Notes: generated from the sequence alone by a model not told the origin. DNA of 64,000 bases from an uncultured Dehalococcoidaceae bacterium (GCA_964493435.1 CAZBMB010000005.1:70588-134587); one strand, 5' to 3'. Positions 19,421 to 32,082 are shown, counted from the first letter of the stretch. Translations and numbers: made by a program.

Positions 19421-20116
19421 CTACGCCGCGAACGTGGAAAACCACTGTATTTTATTAATCAGCACTAAAGTCCCGATAACAATCAGCAGCAGGCCGCTTA
19501 CTATGTGAATTATCTTGGTGTAGCGCTGTATCCGCCGTAAGACCGGAATCAGCGAGTCGAAAGCCAGTCCTATAACCAGAAAGGGCAGTCCCAGACCCAC
19601 AGAGTAGATGGCCAGCAGATAGGCCCCATGCCAGGCGGTGGCCGTATTTAGAGCAATCGACAGGATAGCGCCGAGTATCGGGCCCACACAGGCTGTCCAG
19701 GCCAGCGAGAAGGAAGCCCCAACGAGAAAGGAGCGGAGGTAGCCTGTGGTGCTCCCCAGCGACGGGCTCAGGCGTTTTTCATAGTTTAACCAGGGCACTT
19801 TAAGAGCCGCCAGTAATAAAAGACCAAACGCTATCAGTAGGCTGCCCGAGATTTTATTGAGCACGGAGAGACTGGGGTTAATGGCAAATCCGGTCAGCCC
19901 GGCAATTGCCCCCATGGTGGTGAAAATCAGCGAGAAGCCGAGAACGAAGCTGAGCGAGTGTAAAAAGGTGGGCAAGCGCTGACCGGCGCCCTGTTCATCA
20001 AGCAGCTCCGGCCCGACCAGGCTGGCCAGATAGACCGGAACCAGCGGTAAAACGCAGGGCGATAAGAAGGAAAACAGCCCTGCCGTGAAGGCAATGACAA
20101 CCGAAACATCTCCCAC
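19421..20116 (-). CDS. ccdA: Cytochrome c biogenesis / thiol-disulfide electron transporter CcdA (DsbD family)
   Basis: Contains FLSPCVLPLVP and a second conserved Cys segment (WTACVGP). About 6 TM helices. Confidence 0.9.
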   Translation of the reverse strand: MGDVSVVIAFTAGLFSFLSPCVLPLVPVYLASLVGPELLDEQGAGQRLPTFLHSLSFVLGFSLIFTTMGAIAGLTGFAINPSLSVLNKISGSLLIAFGLLLLAALKVPWLNYEKRLSPSLGSTTGYLRSFLVGASFSLAWTACVGPILGAILSIALNTATAWHGAYLLAIYSVGLGLPFLVIGLAFDSLIPVLRRIQRYTKIIHIVSGLLLIVIGTLVLINKIQWFSTFAA

Positions 20117-20177
20117 AGTAAGATTCTACAATGGACATGAAAGTATGTCTAACGACATAAGTCACATTTTGAACACA

Positions 20178-20206
20178 TAGACAAGCGTCTGTTTCAGCCT
20201 TATAAT
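20178..20206 (+). promoter_or_regulatory. Candidate promoter of the nuclease gene
   Basis: TAGACA (20178-20183), 17 nt, TATAAT (20201-20206). Confidence 0.4.
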
Positions 20207-20251
20207 TTTTATAGAGCCCCTGTGTGATGGGCGCAGCGAAGGAGAAAAGAT

Positions 20252-21406
20252 ATTAAACCGCTTAGCTTTACGCAGATTTCAATGTATCAAACCTGCCCGC
20301 TCCAGTATAAACTGCAGTACATCGACGGCCTGAAACCGAAGGACAAGTGGTACTTCAGCTTCGGCTCGACCATGCACCTCTGCGCCGAGTATTTTTTCCA
20401 CGTAAAAGTACCACCACCGCCCACGCTGGAAGAACTGCTGCAGTTCTATGAACAGAGCTGGCGTCCTGAAGGCTATGAGTCCGCCGAGGAAGAAGCTAAA
20501 TACAAGGATTATGGACGGGAGATACTGACGGCGTTCTATGAAATCCAAAATCGTGATTTTCACATGCCTCTGGCCGTGGAGAAGCTATTCTACATTGATA
20601 TCGGCGGCATTAAACTGAGAGGGTACATCGACCGGGTGGACAAGCTGGAAAGCGGGGGGCTTGCCATCGTCGACTATAAGACAAACAAGGAGTTGTTCAC
20701 CACGGACTACCTTGAGCAAGACCTCCAGCTAACCCTGTACCAAGTCGCTGCCGAGCAGCTGTGGCAGCTTCCGGTGGAGAAATTGACACTTTACCATATG
20801 AGGTCTAATACGCCGGTCAGCTGTTCTGGTCGCGGCCCAGCACAGCTCAACGACGCCAAGCAGCTCGTTCTGGATGTCGCTGACAGCATCAACCGCCAGA
20901 TTTTCCCGGCCACCGAGAACGATTACTGTCCCTGCGATTTCCCCGAGTACTGCCCCTACTACCGCCATCAATATATTAACGAAGCGGCAGAAGCAGCCAG
21001 CGCAGAAGAAACGCCTGCCGTAATCACCGGTGATAAGGTAGAACGCTACGCATCGCTTCAGGCACAAATCAAAGCTCTCCAGCAGGACCTGAATGAATTA
21101 CGGCAGGAAATAATCGAGTACTGCGAAGCTAAAGAGCTTAACCGTGTCTTTGGGCCGGAGAACGAGATTACCTACCAGCTTGTGGAGATAACGGGCTTTG
21201 ATGAAGATGAGGTCAGAACCCTGCTTGAGCCGGAGGGATTATGGCAGAGGGTAATCGGCCTGGACCAGTCCAGACTGAAACAGCTACTTGACGACGAGTC
21301 CGTAGCCGAGGAAATCAAAGGCAGGATTAAATCCCTCAGGCAGGCGATATCCTCTCAGCAGCGCCTGCTGGTCAAGAAACGCCAGAACGAAGACAAAAAT
21401 ACGTAG
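20252..21406 (+). CDS. Cas4/AddB-like PD-(D/E)XK nuclease with Fe-S Cys cluster and a C-terminal coiled-coil extension; probable ATT start
   Basis: Contains YQTCPLQYK, GYIDRVD...IVDYKT (D..D/ExK), QLTLYQ and a C-terminal CPCDFPEYCPYY. The frame is open from 20228. AAGGAG at 20239-20244 lies 7 nt before an in-frame ATT at 20252. The first ATG (20282) would remove the conserved LSFTQIS segment. Confidence 0.7.
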   Translation: MKPLSFTQISMYQTCPLQYKLQYIDGLKPKDKWYFSFGSTMHLCAEYFFHVKVPPPPTLEELLQFYEQSWRPEGYESAEEEAKYKDYGREILTAFYEIQNRDFHMPLAVEKLFYIDIGGIKLRGYIDRVDKLESGGLAIVDYKTNKELFTTDYLEQDLQLTLYQVAAEQLWQLPVEKLTLYHMRSNTPVSCSGRGPAQLNDAKQLVLDVADSINRQIFPATENDYCPCDFPEYCPYYRHQYINEAAEAASAEETPAVITGDKVERYASLQAQIKALQQDLNELRQEIIEYCEAKELNRVFGPENEITYQLVEITGFDEDEVRTLLEPEGLWQRVIGLDQSRLKQLLDDESVAEEIKGRIKSLRQAISSQQRLLVKKRQNEDKNT

Positions 21407-21428
21407 GCGTTATTCTATTTTCTCAACT

Positions 21429-22844
21429 TTAAGCGAACTGCTTTTCCACCGCGGCGACCGCTTTATCCACGGCATTCACAATCATGCTCAGCTCGTCATT
21501 GGTCATGGTCAGCGATACCATCATCCAGATAATATCACCGTACCACGTCGAGCAGGCAAACAGAACCCCGTTTTCCCGACCCACCTTACCTACCACACCC
21601 GCCACAGCGGCGCGGTCAGCAAACAGTTCCTTTGTTTTCTTGTCTTTGACCAGTTCAACCGCGATCAAGCCAGCATTAGAGCGGACATCGCCCACCACGG
21701 CTGACTTGTCCTTGATGGCACCCAGCTTTTTGGCCATGATGTCGCCGATTTCCTTTGCCCGTGCCAGCAGGTTGTGTTCCTCCACGTACTCGATGCCAGC
21801 CACGCCAGCCGCGGCGAGGTAACCCGTGCCGCCGAACGTATAGCCATGCTGGAAAGTATTCTTACCCGTGAAGGTCTCGGCAATCTCGCTTTTCACATGC
21901 GTGCCTGCCAGCGCACCGCAGCCCCAGGACAGGTTCTTACCCAGCGCCAGCATATCGGGCACGATGCCGTGCTTTTCGCACTCAAACCAGAAGCCGCTGC
22001 GGCCAAAACCAGTAATTACCTCATCACAGATGAGCAGGATTTCATACTGGTCACAGATTTCTCTTATTCTCTTCATATACCCCGGAGGCGGTGGAATGAT
22101 GCCCAGGCCGGTGTTGGTGGATTCAGTGATGAAGCAGGCTACTGTTGACGGGTCTTCAAACTCAATGACCTTGCGCAGCTCCTCGGCACACAGCAGATCG
22201 CACTCCGGACAGGTCAGGTTATAAGGACAACGGTAGCAGTTAGGGGCATGAATGGCCACGAAGCCAGCCATTAGCGGCTCAAACGGCGTGCGTCGGAAGA
22301 TGTGGCCGCTGGCGCTGGCGGTGCTCATGCTCATGCCATGGTAGTCACCGGGGTAGCGATGGATGACCTTGTACTTGGTTCCCTTGCCCAATATCTTCCA
22401 GTAGTGTCGGGCGACCTTCAAGGCTGTCTCGTTGGCATCACTGCCGTTGCTGCTGTAAATGGTATATTTCAAACTGCCCGGCGATATTTGAGCCAGCTTC
22501 TCAGAAAGCCAAACCACCGGCTCGGTGGGCGCAAATAGGTTGGGCGTGGTAACGACTATCTTATCCATCTGCTCTTTCATCACTGCCATCAGCGCTGGGG
22601 GATTGAAGCCGAGAGAAGCGGCGGCGCCACAAGAGTTCGTCTCCAGCAAGCGGTTGCCGAAGCTATCAATAACGTAGTTTCCCTCCCCGGCGCTGATGAG
22701 CGACATCGGGAGGTCAAAAAAGGTGGAGTCTCTCCCGAAAGCCGGCCATACGTATTCCTTGGCCTTGGCAATCAATTTGTCCAGGCCAGCCGTGGCGCGA
22801 TTCGCGGTTGATTGTCTCATTTCATCTGCCTCCTGCTTGAGCAT
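21429..22844 (-). CDS. Class-III (omega-type) pyridoxal-phosphate aminotransferase
   Basis: 471 aa with the LICDEVITGFGRSG motif typical of class-III aminotransferases. Confidence 0.85.
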   Translation of the reverse strand: MLKQEADEMRQSTANRATAGLDKLIAKAKEYVWPAFGRDSTFFDLPMSLISAGEGNYVIDSFGNRLLETNSCGAAASLGFNPPALMAVMKEQMDKIVVTTPNLFAPTEPVVWLSEKLAQISPGSLKYTIYSSNGSDANETALKVARHYWKILGKGTKYKVIHRYPGDYHGMSMSTASASGHIFRRTPFEPLMAGFVAIHAPNCYRCPYNLTCPECDLLCAEELRKVIEFEDPSTVACFITESTNTGLGIIPPPPGYMKRIREICDQYEILLICDEVITGFGRSGFWFECEKHGIVPDMLALGKNLSWGCGALAGTHVKSEIAETFTGKNTFQHGYTFGGTGYLAAAGVAGIEYVEEHNLLARAKEIGDIMAKKLGAIKDKSAVVGDVRSNAGLIAVELVKDKKTKELFADRAAVAGVVGKVGRENGVLFACSTWYGDIIWMMVSLTMTNDELSMIVNAVDKAVAAVEKQFA

Positions 22845-22921
22845 TTCTTTCTATGGTGATAGTTTATCAAGTTTAATATATAAAGTGGTAAATTTACAAA
22901 TACATCACCGCATATCCGCCA

Positions 22922-24502
22922 CTACTTGTTCAGCTTTACGATGAGCACCTTGTACATGTCCGGAATGGACCGCAACTGCTTATAGCACTCTTCAGTTATC
23001 GGGTCGTCCAGGCACAGCACCATCATCGCACCCCCGCCGCGATGCGCTTCCCGGCTGACCTGCATCTGGCTGATATTGATATCCGCATTGCCAATGATTG
23101 TGCCCACCTCTCCAATCACCCCGGGACGGTCCATGTGCTCGGTGAATAACATATAGCTGCCCACCGGCTCTATCTCCAGCCAGTAGTCGCCCATCCGCGT
23201 CAGGTGAGTCCGCCCCCGGAGCGATGCCCCGCTTACCAGTGTCTTGCCGGCGGTGGTGTTTACCTCCACCGTCAACATATTGGCATAATTTTCACAGGTG
23301 GGCTCTTTTTGCTCGGTAACACTCAGTCCCCGACTATCGGCGATGATATCGGCATTGACCATATTCACACGCTCTTCCGTAAGACTGTCCAGCAGACCGG
23401 CCAGCACGGCTACCTTTATAGGGTTGGTATCTTCTCTGGCTATATCACCCTGGTAGCGTATGGCCAGCGAGTTCGGATGCCCTCCCAGCAACTGAACAGC
23501 AATTCTGCCGATGGTTGTCCCGACCCGCATATACGGTCCCAGTGTCGATATGGCTTCTGCGGGAATCATCGGCGCGTTTACTGGGGACCTGGGGGGATAG
23601 CCTCTGAGAACGGCCACCACCTGTTCCGCAATGTCAATGCTGGCGCTTGCCTCTGCCTCCAGTGTTGAGGCGGCGAGGTGAGGGGTGGTGATTACTCTGT
23701 CGCTCTTAAGCAATACGTTTTCCTGGGCCGGCTCCTTGCTGAAGACATCAATGGCCGCCCCGGCCAGTTTGCCCTTATTCAGCGCGTTATAGAGTGCCTT
23801 CTCATCCACAACGCCGCCTCGCGCGCAGTTGATGAGCATGGCGGCAGGTTTTACCAGCTTGAGTTCGTTGCGGCCAATTAAACCCCTGGTGCTGGCGTTC
23901 AATGGTACGTGCAGGGTGATGAAATCAGCCGTTTGCAGCAGCGTCTCCATTTCAACAAGTTTGACGCCCAATCTTTCTGCCCGACTTTCCGAGACCATCG
24001 GGTCATAGGCGATAACCTCCATGTGCAGTCCTTTGGCTATTTCCGCTACTGCGGTGCCCACGCGACCTAGGCCAATGATGCCCAGTATCTTATTTCGTAT
24101 TTCAACCCCTTTGAACTCCCGGCTCCACGTTCCGGTATGGAGAAGGCCATGTGCCTGCGGGATACGGCGCGCCAGAGCCAGAATCATAGCAATGGTATGT
24201 TCGGCGGTGGAGACAATATTGCCTTCGGGAGAATTGAGCACAATGATACCGCGGCGGGTAGCGGCCTCCACGTCAATGTTGTCCACCCCGACCCCTGCCC
24301 GGCCGATTACTTGCAGCCTGTCCGCAGCTTCGATAATATCGGCGGTGACCTTTGTCTGGCTGCGCACCACCAGGGCATCATAGCCCCCGATTACTGACCG
24401 CAATCCCTGCGCAGTAATTCCCTTCTTGATGTCAACCTCGGCATGCTGTCGCAGGATATCAATACCCTGTGTTACTAGTGAATCGGTAACGAGAACTCTC
24501 AT
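22922..24502 (-). CDS. serA: D-3-phosphoglycerate dehydrogenase (long form with ACT domain)
   Basis: 526 aa with NAD motif GIIGLGRVG, a 2-hydroxyacid dehydrogenase core and a C-terminal regulatory domain. Confidence 0.9.
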   Translation of the reverse strand: MRVLVTDSLVTQGIDILRQHAEVDIKKGITAQGLRSVIGGYDALVVRSQTKVTADIIEAADRLQVIGRAGVGVDNIDVEAATRRGIIVLNSPEGNIVSTAEHTIAMILALARRIPQAHGLLHTGTWSREFKGVEIRNKILGIIGLGRVGTAVAEIAKGLHMEVIAYDPMVSESRAERLGVKLVEMETLLQTADFITLHVPLNASTRGLIGRNELKLVKPAAMLINCARGGVVDEKALYNALNKGKLAGAAIDVFSKEPAQENVLLKSDRVITTPHLAASTLEAEASASIDIAEQVVAVLRGYPPRSPVNAPMIPAEAISTLGPYMRVGTTIGRIAVQLLGGHPNSLAIRYQGDIAREDTNPIKVAVLAGLLDSLTEERVNMVNADIIADSRGLSVTEQKEPTCENYANMLTVEVNTTAGKTLVSGASLRGRTHLTRMGDYWLEIEPVGSYMLFTEHMDRPGVIGEVGTIIGNADINISQMQVSREAHRGGGAMMVLCLDDPITEECYKQLRSIPDMYKVLIVKLNK

Positions 24503-24619
24503 AAGCTGCCTCTTTCTGGCGATTCCAGCGGAACCTCAGTCCGTCCGTAAACATAATGCTACACGAATCCTATCTTTATGTCAAAAGCATTCCTTCGCCA
24601 CTTTCTGCCCCCCTTAACC

Positions 24620-24648
24620 TTGACAGTGCCGACGACCTATGTTAATCT
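24620..24648 (+). promoter_or_regulatory. Promoter of the glycine riboswitch / gcv operon
   Basis: TTGACA (24620-24625), 17 nt, TAATCT (24643-24648). Confidence 0.5.
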
Positions 24649-24654
24649 GCCTCA

Positions 24655-24836
24655 TATAGCAGCAGGAGATACCCGATAAGGGAGCCGAAGGGGAAAGTGG
24701 CCAGGAGTTACGACTCAAGGCCGCGAAACTCTCAGGCAAAAGGACTGCGGTAAATAACACCTCTGGAGAGACCCTTTCAGGGGCACCGAAGGGGCAGCCC
24801 GCCATAAACGGGTGATCTCTCAGGTGAAAGGACAGA
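24655..24836 (+). promoter_or_regulatory. Tandem glycine riboswitch (two aptamers)
   Basis: Aptamer 1: GGAGA...GCCGAAGGGG...CTCTCAGGCAAAAGGAC. Aptamer 2: CTCTGGAGAG...CACCGAAGGGGCA...CTCTCAGGTGAAAGGACAGAG. Located directly upstream of gcvH. Confidence 0.85.
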
Positions 24837-24870
24837 GGGGCTGATCTAGAAAGTAGATTGGCCCCTTTTT
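24837..24870 (+). terminator. Riboswitch expression-platform terminator
   Basis: GGGGCTGATCTA / TAGATTGGCCCC hairpin followed by TTTTT, 33 nt before the gcvH ATG. Confidence 0.6.
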
Positions 24871-24902
24871 ATATTAAATAAAATCGGAGTCGTGGAACAG
24901 AA

Positions 24903-25304
24903 ATGAATCCAAAAGAGTACCGGTATTCACAGGAGCATGAGTGGCTCTGCCCCGAGCCTCAGGGCAAGGCAAAAATAGGCATCACCCATTATGCCCAGTC
25001 CCAGCTTGGCGACATTGTTTTTATAGATTTGCCCAAGGCCGGCACCCGGGTAACGCAGTTTGAGAAAATGGGTGAGATAGAAACGGTTAAGGCCGTATCC
25101 GACCTTTTCGCACCGGCCAGCGGGAAAGTGCTGGAAAAGAACCAGGCTGTGCTCGATGACCCGGCAATTGTGAATACAGACCCTTTCGGGAACGGCTGGC
25201 TGATAAGAATTGAACTAAGCCAGCCCGCCGAGCTGGAGGCACTGATGAGCAGTGAGCAATACGGAAAATACGTCGCCGGGTTGTCTCAAGAAACATCAGA
25301 ATAA
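24903..25304 (+). CDS. gcvH: Glycine cleavage system H protein
   Basis: 133 aa with the lipoyl-lysine motif EIETVKAVSDL. Confidence 0.95.
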   Translation: MNPKEYRYSQEHEWLCPEPQGKAKIGITHYAQSQLGDIVFIDLPKAGTRVTQFEKMGEIETVKAVSDLFAPASGKVLEKNQAVLDDPAIVNTDPFGNGWLIRIELSQPAELEALMSSEQYGKYVAGLSQETSE

Positions 25305-25324
25305 ACGAGAGGTTATGCGCTTTG

Positions 25325-26629
25325 ATGCATTCACCATATATCCCGAACACAGACCATGACCGCGCCGCCATGCTGCACGACATCGGCGCCGGCTCGGTTG
25401 AGGAGCTTTTCCAGGATGTTCCGGCGGAGTTTCGGAATGTCCGGTTCGACCTGCCGCCGCCACTGACCGAACTGGAGCTTGGCCAGGAATTACGCAGGCT
25501 ATCACGCTTGAATGCCAGCATGGATGAATACGCCTGCTTTCTGGGCGCCGGCTACTACTACCACTTCATTCCCGGCCTTGTCGGTCACATCACCGGGCGC
25601 AGCGAGTTCTACACCGCCTATACTCCCTACCAGGCAGAAGTCAGCCAGGGAATCCTGCAGGCGATATACGAATATCAGTCGCTGGCCTGTCAGCTAACCG
25701 CTATGGACATCAGCAACGCTGGCATGTACGACGGTGCCTCGGCAGCCGCCGAGGCGGCCCTCATGGCCGGACGCATCGCCAGCGGGAAAGAGGTAGCCGT
25801 ACTATCAACGGTTAACCCCGGGTACCGCGAAGTCATCAGCACCTATGTCAGCGGTCAGGATATAACCGTCAATGAGCTGGGGCCAGGTTTCAAAGAAATG
25901 CCCGATAATTGCGTCTGCCTTATCGTACAGCAGCCTAACTTTTTCGGCCATTTTGAAGACGTGGCGGGCTACGCCAGGCTCGCACATGACGCGGGCGCGC
26001 TGTTCGTCGTCATTTTTGACCCGATTTCTCTTGGCCTTTTGCAGCCTCCGGGAAACTATGGCGCGGACATTGCCGTGGCCGAAGGACAGCCACTGGGCAG
26101 CCCGTTGCAATTCGGCGGGCCAGGGCTGGGTATCTTCACCTGCCGCCAGGAACACCTCCGCCAGATGCCGGGCAGGATTGTTGGTCGCACCACCGACGTT
26201 GACGGTCGAACCGGCTACGTGCTCACCATGGCGACACGGGAGCAGCATATACGCCGGGAGCGGGCGACCTCCAACATCTGCACCAACGAAGCCCTGGTGG
26301 CACTCGCCGCCACGGTATATCTGGCGGCCATGGGCGAAAGCGGGGTGCACCGGGTAGCCGAGCTCTGTTACCACAAGGCCCACTATGCGGCCGAAGCGAT
26401 AAAAAAACTGAAAGGCTATTCCCTTGCCTTCAAGCAACCGTTCTTCAAGGAGTTTGTTATCCGCTGTCCCGTGCCGCCCGAAAAAATAAACCGGATACTG
26501 CTTAAGGAAAATATTATCGGCGGTCTTGATGTGAGCCATCTGGTGGGCAATGGCATGCTGCTCTGCGTCACCGAAATGAATTCAAAACAGGAAATAGACC
26601 GCCTCGTTTCCGTTCTGAAAGCGCTATGA
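25325..26629 (+). CDS. gcvPA: Glycine dehydrogenase (decarboxylating) subunit 1
   Basis: About 434 aa, starts [10 protein letters not shown]-protein N-terminal half. An alternative TTG start lies at 25322. Confidence 0.95.
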   Translation: MHSPYIPNTDHDRAAMLHDIGAGSVEELFQDVPAEFRNVRFDLPPPLTELELGQELRRLSRLNASMDEYACFLGAGYYYHFIPGLVGHITGRSEFYTAYTPYQAEVSQGILQAIYEYQSLACQLTAMDISNAGMYDGASAAAEAALMAGRIASGKEVAVLSTVNPGYREVISTYVSGQDITVNELGPGFKEMPDNCVCLIVQQPNFFGHFEDVAGYARLAHDAGALFVVIFDPISLGLLQPPGNYGADIAVAEGQPLGSPLQFGGPGLGIFTCRQEHLRQMPGRIVGRTTDVDGRTGYVLTMATREQHIRRERATSNICTNEALVALAATVYLAAMGESGVHRVAELCYHKAHYAAEAIKKLKGYSLAFKQPFFKEFVIRCPVPPEKINRILLKENIIGGLDVSHLVGNGMLLCVTEMNSKQEIDRLVSVLKAL

Positions 26630-28068
26630 AAAAGGATAAACACCATTTGCTGACGGACCTCAGCCAGACAGGCAAGGTCGGGTGCCGTCTTCCTGGACTT
26701 GATGTGCCTGCCGCCGAACTGCCTCCTCAGGGATTCACGCGCCAGGAAATCCCGCTCCCTGAGGTCAGCGAACCCGAACTGGTGAGATACTTCACCTCCC
26801 TCAGCCAGCGTAATTACGGCGTGGATACCGGATTTTATCCTCTTGGCAGCTGTACCATGAAGTACAACCCGAAATGGCATGAGGATATCGCCCGCCTTGC
26901 CGGATTTCAATCGATTCACCCCTGCCAGTCAATTGATTCGGTACCTGGGGCGTTGCAACTCATGTATGAACTGCAGGGTATGCTGGCCGAAATCACTGGC
27001 ATGGATGCCACCGGTCTGGCACCAATGGCCGGCGCTCAGGGTGAACTGGCCGGCCTGCTGATGGTCAGGGCCTATCATCAGTCGCGCGGTGAAAACCGGC
27101 GACGCAAAATACTGGTGCCGGACTCGGCCCATGGCACCAACCCGGCCACGGCGTCCATGTGTGGCTTTACCGTAGAAACGTTACCGTCCAACGGCAAAGG
27201 CAACCTTGGCTTAGCATCCCTGGAAAATAAGATGAATGAAGAAGTCGCCGCGCTGACGTTGACCATGCCTACCACCCTCGGCCTGTTCGACCCCCATATT
27301 GCCGACATAAGCAACATTATCCATGAAAGAGGTGGACTGCTCATCGGCGATGGCGCCAACCTGAACTCTCTACTGGGCAAGGTGAAGTTCGGCGACCTCG
27401 GTTTCGACTGCGTCCAGTTGAACCTGCACAAGACGTTCAGCACGCCACATGGCGGCGGCGGCCCCGGTTCAGGCCCGGTCTGCGTGAAATCAAACCTGGC
27501 CGATTTCCTGCCAACACCTATTATCACTGATAATAGAAAAGGCCACCGGTTTGCCACTCCTCCGAAGTCAATCGGCCGTCTGGGCGCCGCTTACGGGAAC
27601 TTCGGCGTTATGGTCAAGGCATACGCTTACATACGCTCGCTCGGCACCGAAGGCTTAAAGGAGGTCAGCGAAAACGCGGTGCTCAACGCCAACTACTTGA
27701 AAGAAAAATTGAAGCCGTACTACCACCTGCCCTATGACCGTACCTGCATGCACGAGGTGGTCTTTTCGGGCGTGAAGCAGAAGACTAAAGGAGTTAGTAC
27801 TCTGGACATCGCCAAACGCCTACTAGACTACGGCTTTCACCCACCCACCATCTACTTTCCCCAAGTGGTTGAGGAGGCCATCATGATTGAGCCCACGGAA
27901 ACGGAGAGCAAGGAGACACTTGATGCTTTCATCAAAGCCATGGCCGAAATCGCTACTGAAGTTGAAAAAAGTCCGGAATTATTACACACAGCGCCGCACA
28001 GCACTCCCGTCATAAGGCTGGACGAGGTCAGCGCCGCCCGAAAACCGGACCTGCGATGGAAAATGTGA
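26626..28068 (+). CDS. gcvPB: Glycine dehydrogenase (decarboxylating) subunit 2
   Basis: 480 aa with the PLP-lysine region [16 protein letters not shown]. Overlaps the gcvPA stop by 4 nt. Confidence 0.95.
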   Translation: MKKDKHHLLTDLSQTGKVGCRLPGLDVPAAELPPQGFTRQEIPLPEVSEPELVRYFTSLSQRNYGVDTGFYPLGSCTMKYNPKWHEDIARLAGFQSIHPCQSIDSVPGALQLMYELQGMLAEITGMDATGLAPMAGAQGELAGLLMVRAYHQSRGENRRRKILVPDSAHGTNPATASMCGFTVETLPSNGKGNLGLASLENKMNEEVAALTLTMPTTLGLFDPHIADISNIIHERGGLLIGDGANLNSLLGKVKFGDLGFDCVQLNLHKTFSTPHGGGGPGSGPVCVKSNLADFLPTPIITDNRKGHRFATPPKSIGRLGAAYGNFGVMVKAYAYIRSLGTEGLKEVSENAVLNANYLKEKLKPYYHLPYDRTCMHEVVFSGVKQKTKGVSTLDIAKRLLDYGFHPPTIYFPQVVEEAIMIEPTETESKETLDAFIKAMAEIATEVEKSPELLHTAPHSTPVIRLDEVSAARKPDLRWKM

Positions 28069-28772
28069 TGACAGAGCCACCAGGTATTTCCCCGCCTAAT
28101 TATAAGACTTTCCTTGTAGACTATCTTGGCATGGTGCCGTATGAGGTTGCCCTGAAGAAGCAGGATAGGTTGAGGCAACTAAGGGCGGAGGACAGAATTC
28201 CCGATGCCGTCCTGCTGCTGCAGCACCCGCATGTCTATACCATGGGTCGTTTCCATGGCGAAGAGGATATCATTGCCCTGACCAAAGAGATTCCTGTCTA
28301 CCACACCAACCGCGGCGGCAGCATAACCTATCACGGGCCGGGGCAGCTTATCGGTTATCCCATTCTTCACCTCAAAGCGAACGGCCTCGGTGTCCGCGAA
28401 TATATCTGGAAGCTGGAGGAGGTCATCATCAGGCTCCTGGGCGATTTCCACATAGAGGCACAGCGCCATAACAAATATCCGGGAGGCGTCTGGGCGAGCG
28501 GTGGTAAAATCTGCTCCGTAGGCATTAACGTCAGCCGTCATATCACCACGCACGGGTTTGCCCTCAACGTTAACAATGACTTAAAGTATTTTGTGAATAT
28601 CAGGCCCTGCGGCCTGCGGGACACAGCGATGACTTCAATGGCGGAACTTCTGGGCCATATATTACCGTTTGATATGGTAGTAAGTGAATGGATAAACTGG
28701 TTCTCGGCCATTTTCGCCATGAAGCCGGAAACCAGCCGCCCGCTCCCGGTTGAGGTGGACACAATTGCCTAG
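28056..28772 (+). CDS. lipB: Octanoyltransferase (lipoyl(octanoyl) transferase)
   Basis: Contains the [19 protein letters not shown] motif and the catalytic KICSVG region. Confidence 0.9.
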   Translation: MENVMTEPPGISPPNYKTFLVDYLGMVPYEVALKKQDRLRQLRAEDRIPDAVLLLQHPHVYTMGRFHGEEDIIALTKEIPVYHTNRGGSITYHGPGQLIGYPILHLKANGLGVREYIWKLEEVIIRLLGDFHIEAQRHNKYPGGVWASGGKICSVGINVSRHITTHGFALNVNNDLKYFVNIRPCGLRDTAMTSMAELLGHILPFDMVVSEWINWFSAIFAMKPETSRPLPVEVDTIA

Positions 28773-28779
28773 AGTGCTT

Positions 28780-29370
28780 ATGGCGAGGCACGGTAATACC
28801 ACCGGCAACAGCGCGATGAGGTTCTGGGGCCAGACCGACGTTGAACTGAGCGCCAACGGTAAATCGCAGGCCAAGCGACTTGCCGACCGCCTTGCCGGGG
28901 AGAAAATCGACGCCGTTTACTCCAGCCAGCTGCGACGGGCTGCAGCCACTGCCGAAATTATCGCCGCCCGTCACCAGATAGAGGTCATCGCCTGTCCCGA
29001 ACTTCTGGAGATAAATTTCGGCAAGGTGGAGGGACTGAGCTTTGACGAAATCGGGCAACGCTATCCAGAAATGGTCAGCACCTGGTCAACCCGCGACCCT
29101 TCGTTCCGCTTTCCGGAAGGTGAAAGCATCAAGGACCTGGACCAGCGGGTCAGCAAATTTCCCGGCCGATTGGAAGCGCATGATATTAAGGATACGGTTC
29201 TGGTGGTCGCCCACAGCGGAGTGCTGCGCCTTCTTATCTGCCACTTCTTGAATATAGACATATGGCACTGGCGACAGTTCCGCACCGATTTAGCCTCACT
29301 CAGTATCGTTGAGACCCACTCGCAGGGAGCTACACTCCATTTATTGAATGATATCTCTCATTTACGCTAA
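28780..29370 (+). CDS. Histidine phosphatase family protein (phosphoglycerate mutase / alpha-ribazole phosphatase-like)
   Basis: RHG motif (MARHGNT) and a second His (VAHSGV). GTG 28774 and TTG 28750 are alternative starts. Confidence 0.75.
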   Translation: MARHGNTTGNSAMRFWGQTDVELSANGKSQAKRLADRLAGEKIDAVYSSQLRRAAATAEIIAARHQIEVIACPELLEINFGKVEGLSFDEIGQRYPEMVSTWSTRDPSFRFPEGESIKDLDQRVSKFPGRLEAHDIKDTVLVVAHSGVLRLLICHFLNIDIWHWRQFRTDLASLSIVETHSQGATLHLLNDISHLR

Positions 29371-29426
29371 GTCCAGTCTTCTTTTTGCCTTTTAACGTAG
29401 CTTCGACTGTGATATACTTTATTTAA

Positions 29427-31499
<2,073 letters not shown>

Positions 31500-31500
31500 A

Positions 31501-32082
31501 ATGAGACTGATTGTTGGCCTGGGCAACCCCGGATTGTTATACTCCCGCAATCGCCATAACATCGGCTTCATGTGCCTCAACCGCTTCGCCCGCAAGCACG
31601 GCATACGCTTTACCCGCAAACAGAGCCAGGCACGGATTGGCGAAGGTGAAGTTGCCGGTACGAAACTCATACTGGCCCGACCGCAGACCATGATGAACCT
31701 GAGCGGCAACTCGGTAGGACGGCTGGCGAAAAGATATAAAATCGACCCTGAAGATTTGATTGTCATCCATGATGACCTTGACCTGCCGCTGGGCAAAATC
31801 CGCGTCCGCCAGGGAGGCCGGTCCGCCGGGCATAAGGGCATTGAGTCGATAATAGCCTGCCTGGAAAACAACGATTTTATACGCATCAGGGTGGGCATTG
31901 GCCGGCCGGATGATATGAAGAGTGAGGTTGCGGACAGAGATGCCGGGGTCATCGACCACGTGCTCAGCGATTTTGACACCGCAGAGAACAGAACCGTCGC
32001 CGAAGCCATAAATAAAGTTTGCGAAGCCCTAACCTGTCTCCTCAGCGAAGGCCTGACCGCGGCGATGAACGAGTACAACTAG
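31501..32082 (+). CDS. pth: Peptidyl-tRNA hydrolase
   Basis: Starts MRLIVGLGNPG and contains SRNRHNIGF. Confidence 0.95.
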   Translation: MRLIVGLGNPGLLYSRNRHNIGFMCLNRFARKHGIRFTRKQSQARIGEGEVAGTKLILARPQTMMNLSGNSVGRLAKRYKIDPEDLIVIHDDLDLPLGKIRVRQGGRSAGHKGIESIIACLENNDFIRIRVGIGRPDDMKSEVADRDAGVIDHVLSDFDTAENRTVAEAINKVCEALTCLLSEGLTAAMNEYN

